A stretch of 20,000 nt of DNA from contig NW_003526941.1 in NCBI RefSeq assembly GCF_000181795.1, positions 2,409,316-2,429,315 on the forward strand, given 5' to 3'. Shown piece after piece: positions 1 through 10,009 of this stretch. The translations under genes and the position numbers were made by a program. The DNA comes from Trichinella spiralis. Lineage: Eukaryota. The notes under the pieces are model-generated. The model did no database searches, was not told the origin of the DNA, and worked only from the letters and a program-made list of their open reading frames with translations. Every line of letters starts with the position of its first letter. Positions within the stretch are counted from its first letter, which is position 1.

Positions 1-168
1 AACAGTCCACATGAACAGTAAGCGAAAAGCATGTGCGATGTGCACAAGTTGGACACTTTCCAGCTAAAGAGCCGACATCACACATCTGCTGATTTTTCTT
101 CATTGGATGCGGACTTTTATTTATTTTTCTTTGTTTTATTCATCATCTTTTTCACATTTGGTTGCTTA

Positions 169-525
169 CAGCTAACCACCATTGGCAATGGCAGCAGAGC
201 TGATTTTTCAAGCTCGACCGGAAGAAAAAGTATTTTTTGAGTGGGTGACACGTGTCGCTCGCCAGTGGACACAATTATCTCGGTCGGTCGGTGGGACAAG
301 TGGTCACCGTGTTTGCTGTAGACCGTCGATGGCAACCGGAAAAGCTGTTCAACGCTGCCGCTATCAACGGAGGAGGGGAAGGCAGAGGGTTTTGCCGGAT
401 ACGACAACAGTGCAGATATTTTATTGCATACCCAAGCGATCACTTTACTGAGGAAATTGGCATCGTAAATTTGAACATTAACCTGCACGTTGTTAGCACG
501 GCTATCGAAAGAGAAAATTACACCC
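169..525 (-). CDS. Candidate exon of an unknown protein (within ORF 117..656)
   Basis: About 119 open codons of mixed composition lie between a pyrimidine-rich tract ending tgttAG and a T|GTAAGC donor. A nearby exon-like segment at 661..730 (ttctAG...|GTGAGT) is not phase-compatible. No domain recognised. Confidence 0.25.
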
Positions 526-2682
526 CTAACACAGAAAGAGAGAATAAATGAAATATGCGAACACGAACAGAGAAAGGAGAGGTGAAAAAATCCAAAAAGC
601 AAGGAGAAATGAAAATGAGAAAAAAAATTTTTTTTCTCCCTCCCCCCCCCCTTCACTCACTTCGTTGTCCAAGTGGATGAGTGAGGATGTCAGCTTTTAA
701 ACATGTAATACAGACGTTGCTTTTAAGATGCTAGAAATGAAATTTGAAAACAAATCCCAACTCTTTCAACTGTAAACATCGAATTCAGTATCAGAAAACA
801 GATTAATGATGTGTGCATGTGTGGCAAAAACTTAAATTTGCAAACGATATTTTTCACCGCCAAATGGGTTGTTTAATTTGTGTTTAAACAAAGCGAGCAA
901 AGCAGCTGATGGTGAGATTTGTATCAACAGGCTTATCTGACAGCTAAATCTTTTATAAGTGTTATTTTTCGAGATGACTTTATTTTGATCAGGAAAAATA
1001 AACCATAAAGATAAATTAAATGGCAGCTTATAACGAAAACTAGCGACCAGTTGCTGAATAAACAGGATAACACAGCATTGGTGTTATTTTACGTTCAGCG
1101 ATTAATCGCAAAGTTGCTTGTTGTTCATCTTGAAAATGTATCTATTCTGTCTGTGTGTTGGAAGTTAAAGGCAACAAATGAGAAAATTAAGAAAGAAAAA
1201 CAACCCTTTTCTTGAAATTAGCTCAAATGAATTTTGCTCATTTAGTATAATTTATCATTCGGTAGGTAAATAATAGTTTTTGAAATTGCTGCGCACTTGA
1301 TGCGTTGGCAATTTGTCGGAAACGTTGAGTAAAGCTGCTTGCTCGGCAGAAGGTTTGCAGATGTATTTGAATAAACACAAACTGGTAGAATGAAAAATGA
1401 ACATTGAAAGTTGTGTGCTTTTTTGTTTTATTGATTTTCTTCCGATTGCAAGCCATGTTTTTAAAAATCCATCATTACCTTAGGTTAGCTTTTCGTTTCT
1501 GTTCAACTTCTTTTGCAAGAATGAATGTTTGTCTGTTTCTCTGCTAATTGACAATTAGCAATTGGTCTCGATATATCGGTGAAACTTAAGACGTCATTTC
1601 CTCAGAGTTTGGTGTGAACCTCTGAGGACTTCAGGACGAATGAAACATCTCTGAACGAATCTTGGAACAAAAATCTTTCTAGTTATTTTCTCTTTTTTTA
1701 CTGTCGAATGAGCAACAGCAGTAGCTGATCCGTGAACACTGCGTGAACGCTAGGCTGAAATCTGACTAGACCCATAGTGGACGTCGTCTCCATCAGCGGG
1801 CGGCTATTGAAAATATACTCCACAGTTTTACAGATACAGAAACGGTACAGATCTTGACAGTCGTGTTGTCCACTTCATCGTAGAAAAGACAGTTCTTCCC
1901 CTTTGAACATTATATGTCGAATATGACAGTAGATTTGGTGAAAGCCAAATGGCATTCGGCGGGGGCTTTCTGCATTTTGTTTTTGAGGGAAATTCAAAAA
2001 TATGATATGCAGCTGCCATCTCCCGCGTTCTGCTTTTCCGAAGCGTTTGCCGAGCAATTGTCACCTACTGTAGCAAGCTTTGTGGCTGACACAAGCGCGG
2101 CAAGCGGTCGATGGCGTTGACCACCTGCGCTTGGCTTGTCATCTGCGACGCCTGTTAAAGCTCAAGCTGGAGACATTGGATAAAGCAAAGCATTGGTGAT
2201 GTTAGAAAAAATGGAAAAAGCAAAAAAAACCATAAGGCGCCTGTCGACCTTAACTGAATTTGAAGCTGCGGTCAGTAGTTTCGGCAAAAGCTTTTTTTTT
2301 CTTCTGAATTGGAAAGAGAACGGAAAAATGAGAATAAGAAGAAGAAGAAGTATCACTGCCTCATTTATAAGTAACACTTCTGAATTGACTCTGCTTAAGA
2401 GTTGAGATGTTCAACGTTTGTCATACTTTTACAGAAAATGAGAATTTTTTCAGCGTCGGTTTATCAAGTCTATCAAGTCAAATATATATACAAATATAAG
2501 TGGACAAACAGAGCGCCTAATGCAGACTGTCTACAAGCATTTCGGCGCTTTTTCTAATCGGGTTGACCCTGACTGCAATAGCGGTCAGGTTTTTTTGCAA
2601 AGTTTGCTAATATAAAACACAAACAAACAGTTCAAGCATTCTAAATGAGAAGAGCATGGAATGCGAACTTTTTTAAATATAC

Positions 2683-2856
2683 CTTCGGTTAGAGAGTAAC
2701 GACTTGAGATTGGCGGTAATGCACGTATGTGAAGTGGGCTTGGCCGGGTACATGTCGAAGTGAAAACTGCTGGCCTATAGCGCAGCTCATCCAAAGAAAG
2801 CCACTTAGCCAGGTTGTCTCGGTGTTTTGTAAACGTGTGAACACTGACTACTTGCA
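2683..2856 (-). CDS. Candidate internal exon (VQVVSVHTFTKHRDNLAKW...SRYSLTE), phase 1/1
   Basis: Bounded by ttccAG| and AAG|GTATAT, with 174 nt open in a frame compatible with the 3426..3480 exon. I could not link it to a downstream exon without an early stop. Confidence 0.25.
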
Positions 2857-3425
2857 CTGGAACATTCAGATGTGTTTGTTATTTGTATCTATTGCACCAC
2901 TTATCTGTCCGTGTATCTATCCATCTATCTCTCGCTCTTTCATTCTTTCACTCTTGGAAACATTCATTCACTATATGCTTTTTGGCAGGAGAGGGGGGAG
3001 AGAGAGAAAGAAAGAAAGAAAGAAAACATCCCTCCTCGTCGACTGACGATAATGATTAATTAACCGTCAAAGTGAAAATGTTTGTGGTCGGATGGATTGG
3101 CACAAGTAGAGCTCATGGCTAGGAAAAATTGTTTTCTCACGCAATACGTCACGCTCGCTGTTCAGCGTTTTGCAATAGCAATCGGTTGGTAAATTTTTAT
3201 ATGTTGCGCGCGTATTGAAATGAGCTTTGGAAAAATCTATCCGGTAAAATTTTCCACCATATTTTTCCGAAATACAGAACAAGAAATACAAATTTACAAA
3301 ATCAGAGGCTAAAAAATGAGAAAGAAACCGTCTCCTCAGAAATGTCATATGACGTCACATATGTCAACTGATTCAATGTTGAATGTTAAATGAAAAACAG
3401 TCAAAATTGTAGATGTATAGCTTAC

Positions 3426-3480
3426 CGGATTTGGTCAACGATTTGGATGATTTCTTCTTCCGCTTCGCTGCGCAGAACAT
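3426..3480 (-). CDS. Candidate first coding exon of an unidentified spliced gene (MFCAAKRKKKSSKSLTKS, phase-1 donor)
   Basis: On the minus strand there is a TTTCAG acceptor at 3576..3581, an ATG at 3480 in aaaATG context, and a CG|GTAAG donor at 3425. It lies just downstream of the CpG-rich region. No recognisable homology. Confidence 0.3.
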
Positions 3481-3611
3481 TTTGGCAAACAGATCCAATG
3501 GGTCAGGTTATTATTACTGTTGGATAAAGTAGATGGAGGCAGGGTTGAACAGTTGGATTCGCACAGTAAGCGTACCTGAAATTCTGTCCGCTTACAAAAA
3601 ATAGCAATGTT

Positions 3612-4350
3612 TTACACGCACATGGGCGCCGCAGTGTAGAGCAAATAAGCGACTGACTGCAGTGACGTTTGCGCAACGCGATTCTCGCGACCTGAGGGTC
3701 GAATTTTGGGACCGACCAATGACCACTGCCGGCTAGAGGTCGATCGGCTACTGGTCAACTGGCGCTGGAAGAGAAAAGTGAACTCGAACAAGGCTAGCGC
3801 GCTAGGAAAAAGTCGGCCGGCCCACCGACCGGCCGGACGCTGCTTGACTGACCAATGACCGGAAAAGGTTGGCGTGAAGAAGCGCGAAAAATTCAAAAAA
3901 GTTGCTCACTCTGGCCAGCTGGACACACGCTCTCATTTTTGACAACGAATGTCGAAGTCAACTTCACATATGATGCATATACGTCTGTTTCACTTCAACT
4001 ACATATATATATATATACATGCATGTATAAGAACAATTGCACGAGTCGTTGAACAATAAAAACCGAATGGGACACTTATGACTGCCCGTCTGCTAGCTTG
4101 CTGAGCTAGCCAACGAATTGGCATCTGCTTTCGACCGTAACAAATCGGGATGATTGATTATTAAACGCAAAGATTGAAAAGCAGCTTTGAAGTGGCCGTG
4201 AAAACGTGAAATTGATTCAAAGATTGCAATGGACCCATTTTTGCTTTTTCGAATCTTCATGGGCATCGGTGGTCCTTGGTGAAATTCTCTTGACGGGATT
4301 GGCTCTCCACATAACTAGGCTAAATTGTTACTGAATTTGGCGCGAAAAAT
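3612..4350. promoter_or_regulatory. CpG-rich putative promoter region with CCAAT, E2F and CDE-CHR-like motifs
   Basis: GC and CpG rise sharply at ~3612..3930. GACCAATGACC occurs twice (3714..3724, 3850..3860). GCGCGA-AAAA-TTCAAA is at 3882..3897, GATTGGCT (inverted CCAAT box) at 4297..4304, and TTTGGCGCGAAA (reverse complement TTTCGCGCCAAA, E2F-type) at 4336..4347. Confidence 0.45.
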
Positions 4351-6180
4351 AAGCATATGCCAAGCAGCTGTGACTCACTCTGACCGGACGGACGATGAAC
4401 ACATGGCGGGATGTTGTTTTATGTTTGGAACTATAGACACATGTTTTGCGCGATGAAAATTTCAACTATACAACAGGGTCAACGGAGAATGCTTTTTTCT
4501 TTTTCGTTTCATTGCTGCTTTCATTTCAAAAAAGTCATCGCTACTTATTTCTTTTACTTTGTTGCAACACAATTTTTTATAAATACTTTTTTTTTCAGAA
4601 TTATCATCTCTTTTGAATGTAAATTCTTCTTCTTTTTCTTCAACTTCAATTAAATTTTTCTATTAAGCATTGCCGTTGATGAATAATAGTATTGTTTTTT
4701 AAGTGCTGTTTATTTAAATTGAAATGCGCGACGTGAATTGTAAGCCGCTTGTTTGTTATTCGTATTCGCGCTTTACAGATGAAAAACGCCGCCTTCGAAT
4801 GACATAACAAAATATTGTCGTTGAATGCAAATAATACAAACAAAGCCAAAGCACACGCACAAACAGCACAAATAAGCGTGGTGCACAATTTTCTCAAAAT
4901 AACAACCATCTGTTCAACAGCCACTTCGACATTTTCTGTGTATTCTTTACAAGACAAGCAAGCAACTCGACTTTAGGAACAAATATCATCACGCTTTGAT
5001 GACGATGCATGAATAATAAATAAGTGCAAATAAGTGTTGAATTTGTTGTCTTCGGCATCGTTGTGGTCATAAAAGTCAAAGGAAGTTTGCTAGTTTACTA
5101 GCCCAGGTCATTGTAGTACGTTAGCTGGGTTCTGATATGACTGAGGGAACAAGGACACGGATGTTTGGAAAAGAAGGACAAAAAGGGGCGAAATACTTAT
5201 TCGGCTCTACTTTTCTTCCACTGTAAATATAGAATAACATTTCTAGACAAATGCTATATTTGGAGTTTGATCTTTGCCGAAATCAACAAATGCAATACAC
5301 CATTGCGCAGTTGACTGATGATATAAGCGAACCTCAGCCACGCCCTGTTTTCCCAATATCCGTATCCGTTTACTGGTTGCCATTCTTTCCCAAGTGATTT
5401 CTTCAACTCTTCCAGATATCTTGCTCCACATCCGTGCATCTCATCGTGCAAGAAGCAACAACACTGCTCTCCACGAAAAACCGCAACCACGAAACGTAAC
5501 CCCGAAAAACCTTACAACAGCTCCCCTTTCACAACAAAAATCTTCGCTTTTTTAAATTACGTTACATTACATTATGCATTCAACAAGGTAAACAACAATT
5601 GTTGTTCATTTCTTTTTTCCAGTGTGTTAGCTCTTACTTGCGACCGCTTGTTGCCGCGACTAGCGTTGTGCGTTTTGAACATTAATTTGATTTGATTACA
5701 TCCGCATCTGGCTTAAATTACTCATCCATCGTTCATATATTCATTGGTCGCTCAACTGATATTATCAAAAAATCACTATGACAATATGCTTTCTTAAAAG
5801 AGTGAGTCGGCTTTTGTCGGTCCGCTTCACGCACACATTGATCTGTGCACACTGTTATAGCGGCGGTAAAATTTGGGGTCGTTTCATTTTGAAAATTTGA
5901 CTGATTGAAAGCAACTTAAAAATGCAATTTTAACTTCAACTGCAAGGTGTAATGTTCTGTTGAACTTATTTTTCTACTTTTATTTTTAATTTCTTTTTTT
6001 CTTCTTCACAAAGCAACGCTCGAGAGTAGTAATAGGTTTTTATGATAAATTTTACTGCCAGTTCAATGACCGTAACTATTTTGCGGCAATTGTTGAAGGA
6101 CATTTCAAGAAAAAACATTCTGAACCATATTATTTCAAAGAAAGATTGGAAATGTAATAAAATACTGCTTTTTTTCGCTT

Positions 6181-6200
6181 TATATATATATATATATATA
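6181..6200. repeat. (TA)10 microsatellite; (TA)13 in the duplicate at 18569..18594
   Basis: Read directly from the sequence. Confidence 0.95.
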
Positions 6201-7226
6201 TGGGCATTTTAATGGATAGCATTGAAAGCATGGATGTATTATTGTAGTTTTGTAATTTTTTAGTGGGTTTTCACATTTGAACAGCTTAATACAACCAACG
6301 AAAGCAGTGTTGGTGAACAGTGCGCTTTCCAGTACTATTTTCTGATCAGAATATAATAAAATGGCTAATTGTTCAATTGGGCGAAAGTGAAAGGAGGAAA
6401 CGGAGTAGGAGGCAACGCATGCAAGACTGGGCTAATTGAAGCGATTTAGCATACAAATAATTTGCACGAATTGCTTGTTCAAAGAGATTGTTCAACGACG
6501 AGTAGCACGCCCAGGGAAAAATCTCATAATTGAAGTAGAAAATTAATGGCATTTATTATCACATTCATTAGTTATTTATAGCATTTATAGATGTAATTCA
6601 ACTCTTATTTCAATCGAAAATTTTACATACTCCACATTGAATGCAAACAACTTTCACGTTTGCAATTTAATAAATTTTTTCTATCTTGTACTATGTATGA
6701 TAAAAGATTTGTCAGAAACGGTTTGTGTGCAATTTTTGTTAATGCTTTATTTGCAGTTGGCTTTTTCAGTCATTTTGTAATACTTGGATTAGATTTATAT
6801 TTTGAAGCTTATTCTCAATTGTCATCATTATCGATGACACAAAAAAGAATACTGGTAATAATTAAACAAAGAGGGGGGATTTTTCAGATCTCATTTTCAC
6901 ATTTCAAATCGACAAAACCTAAGCCCGTTGATAGATCATCTTCGATTTATTATTATTCGTCCGTAAGAAAAACGATTTGATCAATTAGCAATAATGCAAA
7001 GCTGCATAAAGCCGAAGTTGCAGTATGTAGCATTCATTTTCGAACCGCGTTTAGTGCTCTATTTAGAGGCAGCTTTTTCATTTCAAGCAGGTGCCGCGGT
7101 TGTTCCGTCGCAATAGATACAAACAGCCCACCTGCTGGAAACAGACGTGCGGTCTCACAAGAAAGAAGAAAGGCGCACGTGCTTTGCGAGGTTGGAGTGG
7201 GCTAGCCTGTTGTCAAATTGCTTTTG

Positions 7227-7244
7227 TATATATATATATATATA
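7227..7244. repeat. (TA)9 microsatellite; (TA)10 in the duplicate at 19621..19640
   Basis: Read directly from the sequence. Confidence 0.95.
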
Positions 7245-7549
7245 TGTATTTTTATTTATTTACTAAAATCGAGATATTAAATTGATGATTGACAGCATAT
7301 TTTTCTGCTTGATTGAATTATTGTTTGCTATATTATGGATTGTTAATCGTATGCTAGATGGTGGGATAGAATGGTAGAGGAAGAAGACAACAAAAAAGAA
7401 AGAATCCGCGGGAAAATTAACGCCTGAAAACGTGCGCGTATTGAACATGCGAAAGAGGTGCGAATAATAAAAGAAAAAATCAATCTCACCGATTATATGC
7501 AACGTTTTTATCAATTAACGGCTTTTGCTTTGACGATGAGAATAGCAGA

Positions 7550-7643
7550 TAATAATACGAATAACAAGAATAATGATAATAATAATCACAGCAACAACAA
7601 CAACAACAACAATAATAATAATAATGGGGGGGGGGGGGGAGGG
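7550..7643 (+). repeat. Compound (AAT)n/(AAC)n microsatellite followed by a G14-A-G3 tract
   Basis: Imperfect AAT/AAC triplets at 7550..7625, a G run at 7626..7639 and GGG at 7641..7643. Confidence 0.92.
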
Positions 7644-8141
7644 ACAACAATGCAGCTTGCGATTGTCGACCTTGGCTATGAATGTTAGTGGTGTTGTAGT
7701 GGATGATTTTGAAGTGTTATATTTTGAGAACGGGAAAAAAGATTAGCAAAACAATATCAAACAGCTAGCACATTTGCTTTGCCGAGCTGATCAGTAGGTA
7801 GTGAGCAGTTGATGATCACTAAGCTCGTAGTGTGATGGTTAACACCAGTTTATCCGGCAGAGTCTGTGCAACTGTTGATGCGTCGTTTTTTTCAGATTAG
7901 TGTAATCTGTTTGTTTGCATTGGGGATGTTTTACGAACAGCAACAGTTGCACTTAATACGTTGGACCAAAAGTTGACCAACAACGGTTTTCAGTTCGCTA
8001 TGCTTGCCACGCGATTTTTTTTGTTGGCTAGTCTGCTACAGCTGTTAAGCTGTTGAAAATACGACTTAAAAACACGGCATCTATCAATTTGAATATGTTA
8101 TAGCTGACGATCGAAGTCCGTGTTCAGAATACGAAAGGGCA

Positions 8142-8172
8142 AGCAGCAGCAGCAGCAACAGCAACAACAACA
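8142..8172 (+). repeat. (AGC)n/(AAC)n trinucleotide microsatellite
   Basis: agcagcagcagcagcaacagcaacaacaaca. Confidence 0.85.
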
Positions 8173-9033
8173 AAAAAATCAGGACGACAGACATGCGAGA
8201 TTCTATTGAACACAATGTAATGGAATTCGACCCCATTCCGGCCAGACTTTGTCACTTGGCAACTTGTTGCATTTATTGAATCAAATCGATCTCGGCTGGA
8301 TGTCGGTTAGGTAGCATCCAGTTGGGTAATCTACACGGACCTCAAAAAAGTTAACCCATGTGAAAATTGTCAGAAAGGACAAATTTTTCACCCCAACGGT
8401 GTATTTATTAAGCTTGGTGGACACGACGCTTCGAGAGAATATGCATTCACGGTCTGCTGCTTTTCGCCATAGATGGGTCACAGTTGGGAAAAAAATTTTT
8501 TCACTTTGCACAAAAGTGAGCCAACAAAGAGCCTAGTTTAGTAACATTTGCACACCGCTTCACGGGGGTGTGCAAATTGGATTCTTATGAAAAGAAAAAT
8601 TCATTAAGAAAAAACCAACTGACAACCACAAAAATTTTAATTATGAGTAGTTTGTTTTTCAAAAATTTGATAAAAAAACTTAAAACGGAATAATAATTAT
8701 CGTCTTGGTTTGGAACAATTTCAGCTTAGCTTTGCAGCGAATGATGATGGAAAGCCTATTTTTACAGGGTTATTGTTGCAAATTGTTAAAATTGCTCTTT
8801 CCTCGTTCCCACTTCCCTCGCAGTGTTGCAGCAATAAATTCATTTTGCTTAACGTTTGTTTGTTAGATAACAGAGAAACGTTTAGCGTAAAAATAAACCA
8901 AATAACTAGCATATAGAGTGTTTCGAAATGTTCATATCATGCAAAACAAATAAAAAAAGGACCATTATTATTAATTAATTATTGCGAATTTGTTAATTGT
9001 AGAGCGTGATTTGTTAATTTTTCTTAATCCTAC

Positions 9034-9283
9034 CTCGCAGCTTCTTCGTGGTCGAATTGTTCGACTGTTGTGATTTTTTTCGCTTCTTCTCGAAGTTCTG
9101 TGTTTCGCTTGGTTCAGCTTTGCGATGAAAAGCAGTGTGAGTTGAGCTAACTTTGTAGTTGTTTTTGCGATCTTACATTCTTGCTCGAACTTCTTGCTAC
9201 ATTCTGATTTTTGTTTTCCACTTGGATAATTGGATCGTTCGATTTGTGCTTTGTTCAATTGTTGTTCCATTCCATTTGCAACG
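9034..9283 (-). CDS. Candidate exon, basic/hydrophilic (VANGMEQQLNKAQIERS...RPRRSCE)
   Basis: Has a ttcttcAG| acceptor and a GAG|GTAGGA donor, and only one of the three frames is open across 250 nt. No homology recognised. Confidence 0.25.
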
Positions 9284-9965
9284 CTGAAGAATCACAATAA
9301 GCATAGCTGTGAATTGAAACAAGAAAAAAAAAATCACAAACGGCTATGTGTTGACTTTAGCATCGGTTGTTTAATAATAAATTCAACCGTTTGTTTCACT
9401 TTGTGCGGTAAATATATTTTTAACGAAAAATTTTTTCCCCCCATAATTTAATGATCAATTTTTATTCCATGAAATAATTGTATTGCGTTGCATGATTTCA
9501 ATGTTCAATCCAATTCCGCTTGCCAACGTATAACTTCAATATTAGTGCAATGAATAATAATGCTAATAAATATTTGAATAAATAATCGTTTGAAAAGTCA
9601 AATGTTGAAGTTGTTCAGTAGTCGTTTTTAATCGGAAAATTCCAAGTTTTGGAATGTAAATTGTGCTTGAAAGTTGATGTTATCGTTGATGATAATTATG
9701 CTCAGATCGTATAAATGATGCTGCCACTGAATGATATTCTTTTTCTGAAGTGACAAAACATTTTCAATTGTTCAGCTTTGAATGTTGATACGGAAATGTT
9801 TTTCTTGTTTTATTGAACAAAATAAGCAAACAATCTTTTTGCATAATAGCCGAATAAATAATCTTTCAAACTCATTTGAACAACTTTAGCATCGATTTGA
9901 CATAAAATAAATAAGTGAATTCATTCCTTTTTTTGAAAATCATGCAAATTCTGATTTTGCAAACG

Positions 9966-9971
9966 TTTATT
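9966..9971 (-). terminator. Putative polyadenylation signal (AATAAA) of SNAPC3
   Basis: The plus strand has tttatt about 40 nt beyond the SNAPC3 stop codon. The hexamer is common in AT-rich DNA, so its position is the only support. Confidence 0.4.
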
Positions 9972-10009
9972 GATATATAATAAATAGTGTAAAATCGATT
10001 CTTGACGAT

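Larger units (their letters stand above)
4279..7604 (+). repeat. Copy 1 of a >=3.3-kb near-identical direct duplication
   Basis: Aligns by eye with 16662..20000 at offsets 12388, 12394 and 12396; the shifts come from (TA)n length changes. The same ORFs appear at both places in the ORF track. Confidence 0.97.

Noticed and set aside
1732..1782. TGACTAGA (miR-279/miR-44 family seed) on the 3' side of a weak hairpin
   Set aside because: Pairing with the upstream arm is limited to two short helices, too weak for a pre-miRNA.
4411..6980. Several 60-106 aa ORFs repeated in both duplicate copies
   Set aside because: Their recurrence only reflects DNA identity. They have AT-driven composition and no recognisable domains.
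7091..7285. 64-aa ORF (MPRLFRRNRY...)
   Set aside because: It starts at GTG, runs through a (TA)n repeat, and has TGC changed to a TGA stop in the duplicate (19544).
7458..7688. ORF with poly-N and poly-G tracts
   Set aside because: Translation of a microsatellite and G run from a non-ATG start.
9639..9670. TGGAATGTAAA, matching the 5' half of miR-1
   Set aside because: The 3' half does not match miR-1, and only a 7-bp local stem is present rather than a pre-miRNA hairpin.
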